Assembly: GCA_025992855.1 (NCBI GenBank)
Contig: DAJPGB010000001.1
Coordinates: forward strand, 1,832,421-1,896,420
Direction of reading: 5' to 3'
DNA from: Coriobacteriaceae bacterium
GTDB taxonomy: Bacteria; Actinomycetota; Coriobacteriia; Coriobacteriales; Coriobacteriaceae
DNA length: 64,000 bases
Shown: positions 1-9,235 of the stretch, in pieces
How positions within the stretch are numbered: the first letter of the stretch is position 1
Layout of the letters: each line of letters opens with the position of its first letter
Program-made: the position numbers and the translations under genes
Notes under the pieces: generated by a model
Seen by the model: the letters and a program-made list of their open reading frames with translations, nothing else
What the model was told of the DNA's origin: nothing
Databases searched by the model: none

Positions 1-902
1 GGGTCACGCTCGGGCAGAGCTACGGCGGCTTTTTGACGCTGAGCTACCTGTCGCTCTTCCCCGAGGGCGTGGCGGCAAGCTTTACCTGCGGCGGCATCCC
101 CCACGTACCGGCGAGCGCAAGCGAGGTCTACGCGCACACCTTCCCGCGCATGGCCGCCAAGACGCAGCAGTATTACAACCGCTACCCCGCCGACGTCGAG
201 CGCGTGGCGGCCCTGGCAGATGCCATCGAGGAGCAAAAGCCCGTGCTACCCGACGGCTCGCCGATGACGGTCGAACGCCTACAGCTCATGGGCAGCGACT
301 TTGGCATGAAGCCGAGCTTTGAGCGCATGCATTGGATTATCGATCATGCGTTTGCTGATGGCGACGGTACGCCGAGCTGCGGTTCCTCGGTATCCGACAG
401 CTTTTTGATGCGTGCCTTCGAGCGTACCAACACGCGCACGAATCCGCTGTACTGGACGCTGCAGGAGTTCATCTACGCCGACGGCGACACCATGCCCATT
501 CAGTGGGCAGCGGCAGAAGAGAAAGCTCATCGTGCCGAGTTCGACACGCTAGCGCGCCCGCTCATGTTTACCGGCGAGGCCATGTTCCCGTGGATGTTCG
601 AGCAGATGCCCGAGCTCAAGCCCTTCAAGCCCGCCATGGACCTGCTGATGGAAGACACCAGCTGGGACAAGATCTACGACCCGCAGCGACTGGCGTGCAA
701 CGAGGTGCCCCTGCAGGCCGCGGTGTATTTCGACGACATGTACGTCGATTCGGGCATGCAGCTCGACACGCTCAGCCGCGTGGGCAACTCGCATGCCTGG
801 GTGACCAACGAGTTCGAGCACGACGGCTTGCACGGCAGCGTGGTGTTCAAGCACCTCTTCGACGAAGCCCTCAACCGAGGAGACCTGCGCCAGATCTTCT
901 AG
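1..902 (+). CDS. alpha/beta hydrolase, prolyl aminopeptidase-like (5' end outside window)
   Basis: The frame is open from nt 3. Nt 12-29 encode GQSYGG, a GxSxG nucleophile elbow. There is a C-terminal NEFEHDG motif. Same frame as listed ORF 33..902. Confidence 0.6.
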   Translation, partial: VTLGQSYGGFLTLSYLSLFPEGVAASFTCGGIPHVPASASEVYAHTFPRMAAKTQQYYNRYPADVERVAALADAIEEQKPVLPDGSPMTVERLQLMGSDFGMKPSFERMHWIIDHAFADGDGTPSCGSSVSDSFLMRAFERTNTRTNPLYWTLQEFIYADGDTMPIQWAAAEEKAHRAEFDTLARPLMFTGEAMFPWMFEQMPELKPFKPAMDLLMEDTSWDKIYDPQRLACNEVPLQAAVYFDDMYVDSGMQLDTLSRVGNSHAWVTNEFEHDGLHGSVVFKHLFDEALNRGDLRQIF

Positions 903-904
903 CA

Positions 905-969
905 AAGGAGTGTCCCCACCTGCCGGCACAAAAAGAACGTCCCCAAGTGCCGAACAAGTGCCGGCAACG
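905..969. repeat. Family A tandem 27-nt units (AAGGAgtGTCCCC..TGCCGGCAC), 2.4 units
   Basis: aaggagtgtccccacctgccggcacaa / aaagaacgtccccaagtgccgaacaag / tgccggcaacg. Related arrays lie at 13626 and 36529. Confidence 0.8.
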
Positions 970-998
970 ACAATGCCGCAGGTAGAGAACGGAAAGCG

Positions 999-1097
999 AA
1001 AACGCCCCTAAGCGAGCAAGGTGACGTGAAAGAGGAGGGCATTGACCTTTTGGTCATGCCCGACGATTGAACGTCAGATTGCCGCTTAGGGGCGTTT
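999..1097. repeat. Family C three-tier hairpin (structured RNA candidate), copy 3
   Basis: Outer stem AAACGCCCCTAAGCG/CGCTTAGGGGCGTTT. Middle stem TGACGT/ACGTCA. Inner stem GGGCAT(T)GACC-TTTT-GGTCATGCCC. Starts 15 nt beyond the proB stop. Homologous copies at 53310 and 57934. Confidence 0.7.
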
Positions 1098-1111
1098 GCA
1101 GCGTCAATTGG

Positions 1112-2239
1112 TTATGCGAAGACGATTAAATTATCCCTGTGTATCGCGGGCTTCTCGGCCAGGTCTGCGAGCAGGCGGTTGCTGGCAATCTGGTCCTGGC
1201 GGCGGCCGGCGGCAAGCTCCAGCACGTCCGAATCGGCCTCGGCGATACCGCGGGCGACAACCATGCCGCTCGGGTCGCACACGTCGAGCACATCGCCCTC
1301 GGCAAACTGGCCATCGACCTCGCGAATACCCACCGCGAGCAGCGACGATCCGCGGCTGACCAGCGCCTTCGCGGCGCCGTCATCGACCGTCACCGAGCCG
1401 TGCGCCTTGTCGCCCAGTGCAATCCACAACTTGCGCGGCGCAATGTCCAGGCGCTCCGCCGGCGGATCGAACAGCGTACCCACGCTCTCGCCGCGGGCCA
1501 GACGCACGAGCGCATCGGGCTCCTCGCCCGAGCAAATCACGCTTTGAATGCCCGCCGTCATGAGAATGCGGCTCGCGCGAATCTTGGTGATCATGCCGCC
1601 CGTACCCACCGATGTGGAAGAATCGCCCGCCGAGGCGATAATCTTGGCATCGATCTTATGCACGACCGGGATAAACTCGGCCGTCGGATCCTCATGCGGA
1701 TTGGCGGTGTAGAGGCCATCGATGTCCGAGAGCGTCACGCACAGATCGGCAGAAACCAGGCAGCTCACAAGCGCCGCCAGCGTGTCGTTGTCGCCAAACT
1801 TGATCTCATCGACGGTGACGGTATCGTTCTCGTTGACGACCGGCACCACGCCGAGCTCCACCAGGCGAAGCAGGGCGTCGCGCGCGTGCAGGTAGGACGT
1901 GCGGCGCGCCGTGTCGTGACGCGTGAGCAGCACGAGCGAGGTGAGCAGGTCGCGCGCATGGAACTCCTCGTCGTAGGCCGACGAGATGATGCACTGACCG
2001 GCCGAGGCGCAGGCCTGCAGGCTCGGCAGGTCGCCGACCGGCTTACGGCCGAAGCCCAGCACGGGATAGCCGCAGGCAATGGCGCCCGAGCTCACCATGA
2101 TCAGGCGCCAGCCAAGCTCGCGCAGCGCTGCGGCCTGGTCGGCAAGCCCGCCGATAAAGGCGCGGTTGACCTTGCCGTCGGCGCCCACCACCGTGGACGA
2201 ACCGATCTTTACCACCATCGTTTTATAAGAAGTCGTCAT
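1112..2239 (-). CDS. proB: glutamate 5-kinase with C-terminal PUA domain
   Basis: 375 aa. N-terminal VVKIGSS, amino-acid-kinase fold motifs and a PUA-like C-terminus. Confidence 0.85.
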   Translation of the reverse strand: MTTSYKTMVVKIGSSTVVGADGKVNRAFIGGLADQAAALRELGWRLIMVSSGAIACGYPVLGFGRKPVGDLPSLQACASAGQCIISSAYDEEFHARDLLTSLVLLTRHDTARRTSYLHARDALLRLVELGVVPVVNENDTVTVDEIKFGDNDTLAALVSCLVSADLCVTLSDIDGLYTANPHEDPTAEFIPVVHKIDAKIIASAGDSSTSVGTGGMITKIRASRILMTAGIQSVICSGEEPDALVRLARGESVGTLFDPPAERLDIAPRKLWIALGDKAHGSVTVDDGAAKALVSRGSSLLAVGIREVDGQFAEGDVLDVCDPSGMVVARGIAEADSDVLELAAGRRQDQIASNRLLADLAEKPAIHRDNLIVFA

Positions 2240-2318
2240 ACGTCAAACCAATCAACTGTTCAGCGAACGGCCGAGGCGGCGGCCAGGGAAGCGTGACTCG
2301 CCCCTACCGCCCAAGGAA

Positions 2319-3824
2319 TTAGTGAGCCCAGGGAAAGGCAGAGGCCGCGGCCATGTTCTTACGCACGAGCTCGTCGCGCACCTGAGCCAGGCCCTGCTCC
2401 ATACCCACCACATAGGTCTGCGGGTACAGGAAGCGCTTGAAAGCTGCGTCCAGATGGTCGAGCGCCCAAGCACAGCGCTCGCGCGCGTCCTGGATGCTCT
2501 CACGCGGAGCCACCGCACTGCCATCGCGCACGATCGGCACCAGCAGCTCGCGATACTCGAGTTCGGACACGTCGGTCACCAGGGCGGCATCGTTCACGGC
2601 CACAAGGGTATTGCCGCGCGCGGCGCCCTCCCCCGCCAGATGGTCCTCGTCGTAGATCATGTCGCAGACCGGGCCGCCAAAGCCGTCGTAATAACGGCGC
2701 ACGCGTTGCACACCCGGGATCGTGCGCTTGTATGGCTGCTCAGAGAGCTTGACCACCGGCGTCCATGGATCTGCCTCGCTCGCACGGCGGGCGGAAAGCT
2801 TGTACACGCCGCCCAGCGCCGGCTGGTCATAGCAGGTCGCAAGCTTGGTACCCACGCCAAAGCTGTCGATGGGCGCGCCCTGGTCGAGCAGCGACTGAAT
2901 CGTGTACTCATCCAAATCGTTAGAAACCGAGATCCCCACATAGGGCAGGCCCTCGGCATCAAAACGGCCGCGCACATACTTGGAGAGCTTGGCGAGGTCG
3001 CCGGAGTCGATGCGAATGGCCGACAGGCGCTCGCCCACCGCTTCCATCTCCTTGGCAACCGTAATGGCATGTTCACAGCCCTCGCGCACGTCATAGGTGT
3101 CGATGAGCAGCGTACAGTTCTTGGGGCTCGACTTGGCAAAGGCGCGGAAGGCCTCAAGCTCGGAATCGAAGCTCATCACCCAGCTGTGCGCATGCGTGCC
3201 AAAGACGGGAATACCGTAGCGGCGGCCGGCGAGCACATTGGACGTAGAGGAGCAGCCGGCAACGTAGCTCGCGCGCGCGACGGCCAAGCCGCCATCGGGA
3301 CCCTGAGCGCGGCGCAGGCCAAACTCGGCAACGGGACGGCCGTCCGCCGCCAGCACCACGCGCGCCGTCTTGGTGGCGACAAGCGTCTGGAACCCAACGA
3401 TGTTGAGCAGCGCCGTTTCGAGCAGCTGGCACTCCAGCGCGGGACCGGTGACGCGAACCATGGGTTCGCGCGGAAAGACGAGCTCGCCCTCGGGGACGGC
3501 GTCGATGTTTACATGTGCACGAAAATCGCGCAGGTAGTCGAGGAATGCAGGCTTGAACATCGCGCCGCCGGCCGGGGCCTGGAGTGAGGCGAGGTAGTCG
3601 ATATCCTCGGGCGTAAAGCGCAGGTTCTCGACCAGCTCGGGCAGCTCGGCGGTGCCGCACATGACGGCATAGGCGCTGCCAAAGGGATGGTCGCGGTAAA
3701 ACGCGGTAAAACAACCCTGCTCATTGGCCTTGCCGCTCTCCCACAGGCCCTGGGCCATAGTGAGCTCGTACAGATCGGTGAGCATTGCAATGTCGGTGGG
3801 ATGAGAGATATCGGTCAAAGCCAT
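2319..3824 (-). CDS. pncB: nicotinate phosphoribosyltransferase
   Basis: 501 aa. N-terminal MLTDLYELTMAQG signature typical of NAPRTase. Confidence 0.85.
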   Translation of the reverse strand: MALTDISHPTDIAMLTDLYELTMAQGLWESGKANEQGCFTAFYRDHPFGSAYAVMCGTAELPELVENLRFTPEDIDYLASLQAPAGGAMFKPAFLDYLRDFRAHVNIDAVPEGELVFPREPMVRVTGPALECQLLETALLNIVGFQTLVATKTARVVLAADGRPVAEFGLRRAQGPDGGLAVARASYVAGCSSTSNVLAGRRYGIPVFGTHAHSWVMSFDSELEAFRAFAKSSPKNCTLLIDTYDVREGCEHAITVAKEMEAVGERLSAIRIDSGDLAKLSKYVRGRFDAEGLPYVGISVSNDLDEYTIQSLLDQGAPIDSFGVGTKLATCYDQPALGGVYKLSARRASEADPWTPVVKLSEQPYKRTIPGVQRVRRYYDGFGGPVCDMIYDEDHLAGEGAARGNTLVAVNDAALVTDVSELEYRELLVPIVRDGSAVAPRESIQDARERCAWALDHLDAAFKRFLYPQTYVVGMEQGLAQVRDELVRKNMAAASAFPWAH

Positions 3825-3905
3825 GGGGCGACCTTTCGGATGCGTTGTGCAGAGGTTGAGGGTTGGCGAGGCGGGCGTGCGGGCATGGAGCCCAGCGCGA
3901 ACAGG

Positions 3906-4346
3906 CTAGTGCAGAACCATGCTGGTCAGGATCGCGTAGCCCATAAAGATGACAAACGCGATGAGGGCAAGGACAATGATGATTTTTTGAGCCGGCGCCA
4001 TGCCAGGGATCTCGTTCTCGCCCGTAGGCTCCTTGGAGGTAACCATGCGCTGGGCAAAGGTCATCTCGTCACGGCTCGGCTTGGGCTCGACGGGCTTGGA
4101 ACGAGCGACCTTTTTAGGCTGAGGTTTAGGTGCGGTGGGCGCGGGCTTCGCGGCGGCGGGCTTGGGCGCGGGGGCGACGTTCGCGGCGGCCTCCTCGGCC
4201 TTCGCACGCTCGGCACGCAGGGCGGCCAGCTCCTCACGCTCGCGGCGTGCCTCTTCCTGGGCCTCGCGACGAGCTTTCTCGGCGCGGAGCTCTTCCAACT
4301 CGGCGCGTTCCTCGGCAGACAGTGGTTGGGACTCAAGCTTGGCCAT
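3906..4346 (-). CDS. tail-anchored coiled-coil protein (E/A/R-rich, Pro/Lys linker, C-terminal TM helix)
   Basis: Start taken at MAKLESQ (ATG 4346), preceded by aaaggg. A single C-terminal hydrophobic helix, IIIVLALIAFVIFMGYAIL. No recognisable family. Confidence 0.55.
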   Translation of the reverse strand: MAKLESQPLSAEERAELEELRAEKARREAQEEARREREELAALRAERAKAEEAAANVAPAPKPAAAKPAPTAPKPQPKKVARSKPVEPKPSRDEMTFAQRMVTSKEPTGENEIPGMAPAQKIIIVLALIAFVIFMGYAILTSMVLH

Positions 4347-4410
4347 GGTACAGCCCTTTCTTTTAAAAAAAGCCGCCGACACAATGTCAGCGGCTTATCA
4401 AATCCAAGGG

Positions 4411-4483
4411 TGGAGACGAAGGGAGTCGAACCCTCGGCCTCTGCCATGCGACGGCAGCGCTCTCCCAACTGAGCTACGTCCCC
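4411..4483 (-). tRNA. tRNA-Ala (anticodon CGC)
   Basis: The reverse complement, ggggacgtagctcagttgggagagcgctgccgtcgcatggcagaggccgagggttcgactcccttcgtctcca, folds as a cloverleaf. It has a G3:U70 identity pair, anticodon loop gtCGCat and a T-loop ggttcgactcc. CCA is not encoded. Confidence 0.95.
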
Positions 4484-4496
4484 AAGACAAGTTGAT

Positions 4497-4524
4497 ATTT
4501 TACCTACGGCTCGCCAACTGTCAA
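4497..4524 (-). promoter_or_regulatory. sigma70-like promoter for tRNA-Ala (TTGACA-16-TAAAAT)
   Basis: On the minus strand: ttgaca gttggcgagccgtagg taaaat. The -10 ends 13 nt upstream of the tRNA 5' end. Confidence 0.55.
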
Positions 4525-4634
4525 CGCCCAATACCCAGTCTTTTTGGGACGCGGCTATTTTGACAACTTTTCGAGCAGGCGATCCTCTCGATGATTTTTT
4601 AATCCCCGTCCCAGAAAAATCATCGGCGAGCGCA

Positions 4635-5588
4635 CTACTTTGCGCTGGTGAGGACGCCGGTGGTGTCGAACGCCGGGGTGAAGCTCTCGTCTACCGCTCC
4701 GCCTTCTTGCCAAAACATCGTCGTAAAGCCCAGGTCGTCGGCATGGTCGAGCACCTGCTCGTACTCCTCGCGCGTCACGGCGCGCGCCAGGTCGCCGCCT
4801 TGTTCGCGCATGAGGGCATTGGGCGTGTACTGGTTCATGACCGAGATCGGCACGTCGCCCACCGTCTGCCACACCAGGTCCAACACGCGGCACGAATCGT
4901 CCGCATGCCCCGGCAGCACCAGATGACGCACGATTATGCCGCGCTTCATGAGCCCGTCCCCGTCTACCAGCTCTCCCCCGCGGCGCTCAATTTCGCGCGC
5001 CATCTGGGCCAGACCCGACACAGCCACGCGCGGGTAGTCCTTAATATGAGAGAGTGACTGCGCAAGCGCCGCATTGGCATACTTAAAGTCGGTAAGCCAC
5101 ACGTCGACCAAATCGCCGAGCGCCGCCACGGCACTCGCACGCTCATAACCGCTCGTGTTGTAGACGATTGGAATGACCAGTCCGCGCTCCCGAGCTGCGG
5201 CAATCGCGGCCGGCAGCAGGTGAGCATAATGCGTCGCCGTCACCAGATTGATGTTATTGGCACCTTGGTCCTGCAGCTCCAGCATAATCTCGACCAGGCG
5301 CTCGGGCGAAATCTCAAGCCCAAAATTGCCCGTCGAGATCTCGTGGTTCTGGCAATAGATACATTTGAGCGAGCAGCCGCTAAAGAAGATCGTGCCCGAA
5401 CCGGCCTCGCCCGAGATAGGCGGCTCCTCCCACATATGAAGCGCCGCGCGGGCCACCTTGAGCGTGTCATCGGCGCCGCACACGCCACGCGCGCCCTCGT
5501 CGCGCGCCGCACCGCAACGGCGCGGACACAAATGACAGGCGGGCGAAAAAAGTTCGGTCAACGACGTCGGCATAAAAACATGCTCCAA
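4635..5588 (-). CDS. radical SAM protein, PflX/pyruvate formate-lyase-activase-related
   Basis: 317 aa. CxxxCxxC cluster motif (GCSLKCIYCQN). The alternative start MPTSL is 5 codons downstream. Confidence 0.75.
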   Translation of the reverse strand: MEHVFMPTSLTELFSPACHLCPRRCGAARDEGARGVCGADDTLKVARAALHMWEEPPISGEAGSGTIFFSGCSLKCIYCQNHEISTGNFGLEISPERLVEIMLELQDQGANNINLVTATHYAHLLPAAIAAARERGLVIPIVYNTSGYERASAVAALGDLVDVWLTDFKYANAALAQSLSHIKDYPRVAVSGLAQMAREIERRGGELVDGDGLMKRGIIVRHLVLPGHADDSCRVLDLVWQTVGDVPISVMNQYTPNALMREQGGDLARAVTREEYEQVLDHADDLGFTTMFWQEGGAVDESFTPAFDTTGVLTSAK

Positions 5589-5840
5589 AACAACGATTCA
5601 GCAGGTCAAACGTAAAGGGCCAGACCGCGTAGACGGCTCCGTCCCTAAGGCGCCGTAATCGTCCGACACGATTTTTGTAATGTCAAGACTGGAATCGACA
5701 AAGTGCCGCTTTATGATGTAGGTATTCCGCCCCCCGCGGAGCAACTGGGTGAACCGTCGCGTTTATTTAGGGAGCCCACACAGTCGTACCTAGTACAGGT
5801 ATCCTTCGTTGTTAAGGACGCTGGAACAGTCGATGAGGGC

Positions 5841-5868
5841 ACCCACCTGTTTTAGGTGGGTTCATTTT
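5841..5868 (+). terminator. intrinsic terminator in the 490-bp intergenic region
   Basis: acccacct-gtttt-aggtgggt followed by tcatttt. There is no U-tail on the other strand. Confidence 0.55.
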
Positions 5869-6081
5869 CGTAACGTGGGGGGTGGTTTTCTTTTGCCGAA
5901 AATCACCATTACAGTCCACATGGATCCCCGCCGGCATCCCGACAAGCCATCGACAACATCCCAATATCTGGTAAGCGCGTGATTATCGCTGCGTGCAATT
6001 CCATGCACCCCCCTTGGTCGAGTATCATGATTCGGCTATGCCCTTTGCGCATGGCGTTCTTCTGACCTTTCCCTTCGACGC

Positions 6082-7299
6082 TTGGCGGTTTTTAGATTCA
6101 TGGCTTCATCCCCGAGCTACATACCGTACCTATGCGTGGCAGCGGCGGCCTTTATCACGACCTTCCTCACGGTGCCCCTGGTCAAGCGCTTGGCAATTAA
6201 GCTCGACGCCGTCGACTATCCTTCTAAGCGCCGCATCAACACCAAGCCCATCCCGCGTTTGGGCGGAACGGCGGTGTTTTTGGGCCTGGTCGTTGCCTGC
6301 ATTGTGCAAATCCTAGGCACCTGGCACCTAGGCTGGCCGCCCGTCCTGGTGCCGCATCCGCGCCTTCACATTAGCTATCCCATGCTGGCGCTCTCCTTTA
6401 CCGTCATCTTTGCGACCGGCGCTATCGACGACGTCATCCAGCTCAAGCCCAAGCAAAAGCTGGCCGGACAGGTCCTCGCTGCGCTCATCGCCTGCGTGGG
6501 TGGCCTGCGCATCGGCGTCATCGTCAACCCGTTTGCCCCCGGCGAAATCATGCTCGGATGGCTCGCCTACCCCATCACCGTGATCTATCTGGTGGCATTC
6601 ACCAACATCATTAACCTCATCGACGGCCTCGACGGCTTGGCCACGGGCATCTGCGGCATCGCGTCGTTCACCATGTTTTCGATGGCCGTTCTCTCGGGCC
6701 GCATCGACGCCGCCGCGCTCTCCATTGCGCTCTTTGGCGCCTGTCTGGCCTTTTTGCGCTACAACTTCAACCCCGCAAGCATCTTCTTGGGCGACTCGGG
6801 GTCGCTGCTTCTGGGCTTTGCGCTGGGCTCCATCTCGCTACTCAACGTGAGCCGCACCGCCGCGCTCACCTCGCTTATCATCCCGCTCATCGTTGCCGGC
6901 GTGCCCATCATCGACACGTTTAGCGCCATCGTGCGCCGCAAGCGCGCCCACATTAGCATCGGGCAGGCCGACAAGGGCCACATCCACCACCGCCTGATCC
7001 AAGAGGGCTACAACCAAAAACAGGCAGTGCTCCTCATCTATGCCTGGTGCATCATGCTTTCGGCCGGCGCCGCCGCGATTAACCAGGTCGAGGTGCCCAT
7101 GCGCGTGCTCATCTTTACCGTACTCGCCATTGGCTCGGCGGCCTTTGCCAAGCACCTGCACCTGTTTGAGCCCGTGCTGCGCCACCATTACAACAAGCGC
7201 ACGCACGAGGACGAGCTCGTCACCCCCGACGATCCCGCCTTTAAGCAGGAGGAGCAGGCGGCAGAAGAACGCAGGGAGGAGCGCCACCACAGGCGCTAG
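6082..7299 (+). CDS. glycosyltransferase family 4 (MraY/WecA-type undecaprenyl-phosphate sugar-1-phosphate transferase)
   Basis: 405 aa polytopic membrane protein. Contains NLIDGLDGLA and FLGDSGS motifs. Alternative ATG at 6100. Confidence 0.8.
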   Translation: MAVFRFMASSPSYIPYLCVAAAAFITTFLTVPLVKRLAIKLDAVDYPSKRRINTKPIPRLGGTAVFLGLVVACIVQILGTWHLGWPPVLVPHPRLHISYPMLALSFTVIFATGAIDDVIQLKPKQKLAGQVLAALIACVGGLRIGVIVNPFAPGEIMLGWLAYPITVIYLVAFTNIINLIDGLDGLATGICGIASFTMFSMAVLSGRIDAAALSIALFGACLAFLRYNFNPASIFLGDSGSLLLGFALGSISLLNVSRTAALTSLIIPLIVAGVPIIDTFSAIVRRKRAHISIGQADKGHIHHRLIQEGYNQKQAVLLIYAWCIMLSAGAAAINQVEVPMRVLIFTVLAIGSAAFAKHLHLFEPVLRHHYNKRTHEDELVTPDDPAFKQEEQAAEERREERHHRR

Positions 7300-7460
7300 G
7301 GTAAGCTGCCGAGGCTGCGCCCAGGCGCCGCCGGCCAAACGCGCAGCCACGCCGCGCCCATCGCACATGCCGCCGCTCTCCCGCCCCTCGCGTACTTACG
7401 CCCCGACCCTCCAATAAACGCGTTATCATCTTGACCCATGAACATACGTTAGGAGCAATC

Positions 7461-8510
7461 ATGCCAAACGAGAACAGCTACGAAGTCGCGCTGCAAAAGA
7501 GCAACGCCATTCGCGAGGGCCTGGCCAAAACGCCCGAGAAGTTCACCATGCTCACCGGCGACCGCCCCACCGGCCGTCTGCACCTGGGTCACTACTTCGG
7601 CACCCTCAAGGGCCGTGTTGAGCTGCAGAACATGGGCGCCAAGACCAACGTGCTCATCGCCGACTACCAAGTCATCACTGACCGCGATACGACCGAGCAC
7701 ATCCAGGACAACGTGTACAACATGGTCATGGACTACCTTGCCTGCGGCATCGACCCCGACAAGACCATGATCTACGCGCACTCCGCCGTACCCGCCGCAA
7801 ACCAGCTCATGCTGCCGTTCCTGTCGCTGGTCTCCGAGGCCGAGCTGGCGCGCAACCCCACGGTCAAGGCCGAGATGGAGGCCTCGGGCCACGAGCTCAC
7901 CGGCCTTCTGCTCACCTACCCGGTGCACCAGGCCTGCGACATCCTGTTCTGCAAGGGCAATGTGGTGCCCGTCGGTCGCGACCAACTGCCGCACATCGAG
8001 CTCACCCGCACCATCGCCCGCCGCTTTAACAACCGTTACGGCAAGGTGTTCCCCGAGGTCGACGCGCTGCTGTCCGAGACCCCGCTGCTGCCCGGCCTGG
8101 ACGGGCGCAAGATGAGCAAGAGCTACGGCAACGCCATTAACATCTCGATGACCGCCGAGGAGACGGCCAAGCGCATCAAGAAGAGCCAGACCGACTCCGA
8201 GCGCATGATCACGTTCGATCCCGAGAATCGCCCCGGCGTGTCCGGCCTGCTTTCAACCGCCGCCATCTGCACCGGCCGTTCCGAGGTCGAGATTGCCGAG
8301 GAGATTGGCATGGGCGGCTCCGGCCAGCTCAAGAAGTACGTGACCGAGGCCGTCAACGAGTACTTCGCGCCGATCCGCGAGCGTCGTCAGCGCTATGAGA
8401 ACGATCTGGACTATGTGAAGGACGTGCTGCACGAGGGCAACCGTCGCGCCAACGAGATTGCCGAGCAGACCCTGGCCGAGGTTCAGGACGCCATGGGCAT
8501 GGTGTACTAG
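7461..8510 (+). CDS. trpS: tryptophan--tRNA ligase
   Basis: HIGH-type motif GRLHLGHYFG and KMSKS. SD aggag lies 6 nt before ATG 7461. Confidence 0.9.
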   Translation: MPNENSYEVALQKSNAIREGLAKTPEKFTMLTGDRPTGRLHLGHYFGTLKGRVELQNMGAKTNVLIADYQVITDRDTTEHIQDNVYNMVMDYLACGIDPDKTMIYAHSAVPAANQLMLPFLSLVSEAELARNPTVKAEMEASGHELTGLLLTYPVHQACDILFCKGNVVPVGRDQLPHIELTRTIARRFNNRYGKVFPEVDALLSETPLLPGLDGRKMSKSYGNAINISMTAEETAKRIKKSQTDSERMITFDPENRPGVSGLLSTAAICTGRSEVEIAEEIGMGGSGQLKKYVTEAVNEYFAPIRERRQRYENDLDYVKDVLHEGNRRANEIAEQTLAEVQDAMGMVY

Positions 8511-8562
8511 GCAAAGCGCCTTCGCACAACATAGACGGTGAGGCTGAATCCTCACCGAAACA

Positions 8563-8604
8563 GGAACAGGCCCGCTGGCAGATAGTTGCCAGCGGGCCTG
8601 TTCC
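8563..8604. terminator. 18-bp perfect hairpin downstream of trpS
   Basis: ggaacaggcccgctggca-gatagt-tgccagcgggcctgttcc. A smaller hairpin (ggtgagg..cctcacc) precedes it at 8537-8556. No clear U-tract. Confidence 0.45.
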
Positions 8605-8780
8605 CGAAGTACACCGTTGAATCGCACAGAGGGGAGGAATGCGAATCAAACTCAACAGGGCAGGCTTTTTCATCGCCTATTGCCTGCTCCGTTGCTGAAA
8701 ACAATATAGTTCACCGTGGTTTACTTTCTGACGGCAAAGTACGCCATCACACCTTCTCCATAAGTTAGCTCAGGTAAACT

Positions 8781-8823
8781 AAACCAACCACAAAGGGGAC
8801 AGGCACATTTGTGGTGGGTTTGG
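8781..8823. terminator. Family D hairpin (AAACCACCACAAAGG..CCTTTGTGGTGGTTT), copy D1
   Basis: aaaccaaccacaaagg-ggacaggcac-atttgtggtgggttt. Lies between the convergent trpS and MGMT-like genes. Confidence 0.65.
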
Positions 8824-8837
8824 CCACGGAAGAGCCG

Positions 8838-9158
8838 TTAGAGCCCTGCTGGCCAGCGACAGATGGCCAAGTCGACGTGCACGGGATCGGTAAATGCCAC
8901 GCCCTCCCCCATTAAGAGCTCACGCTGAGCATCGGGTCCGCCAAAGGCGAAGCCCTCGCAAATGCGGCCATCGGCAAACACCACGCGATGACAGGGAATC
9001 TCGCCGGGGCGCGGATTGCTGTGCAGGGCATACCCCACGTACCGCGCACTTCGTGGACGACCGGCAAGCAGCGCCACCTGACCGTAGGTGGCGACCATCC
9101 CCTCGGGAATCTGCTCGACCACCTCGTACACCCGATCAAAAAAGCCCTCAGACGCCAT
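8838..9158 (-). CDS. MGMT-family DNA-binding domain protein (methylated-DNA--protein-cysteine methyltransferase C-terminal domain)
   Basis: 106 aa carrying the PCHRVV active-site motif. Confidence 0.8.
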   Translation of the reverse strand: MASEGFFDRVYEVVEQIPEGMVATYGQVALLAGRPRSARYVGYALHSNPRPGEIPCHRVVFADGRICEGFAFGGPDAQRELLMGEGVAFTDPVHVDLAICRWPAGL

Positions 9159-9187
9159 TGCTCACTCCCTTCCACCCGGAATAGCAT

Positions 9188-9224
9188 AAACCACCACAAA
9201 GGTGCCCGCCCTTTGTGGTGGTTT
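9188..9224. terminator. Family D hairpin, copy D2
   Basis: aaaccaccacaaagg-tgcccgc-cctttgtggtggttt. Sits 12 nt beyond the stop of the minus-strand DegV gene. Confidence 0.65.
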
Positions 9225-9235
9225 TGGCAGGTGGG

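Noticed and set aside
1139-2296. Long antisense ORFs opposite well-supported genes, for example 1139..2296(+), 2322..3587(+), 11783..13600(+), 18382..19512(-), 19543..20760(-), 28962..30071(-), 36607..38385(+), 60515..61543(-) and 61868..63706(-).
   Set aside because: Their translations are low-complexity and rich in Arg, Ala, Gly, His and Val, which is typical of shadow frames in high-GC DNA. In each case the opposite strand encodes a protein with clear family motifs.
7300-7460. A T-box or other leader upstream of trpS.
   Set aside because: The leader is too short (~160 nt) and GC-rich. I saw no specifier-loop or T-box (AGGGUGGNACCGCG-like) sequence and no terminator.
8605-8780. The lower-GC ~175-bp stretch between the trpS hairpin and hairpin D1, including the 60-aa ORF 8586..8768, as a possible small gene or sRNA.
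   Set aside because: There is no SD, no recognisable peptide features, and no promoter or terminator pair that I could define. It may be remnant DNA, and the evidence is insufficient.
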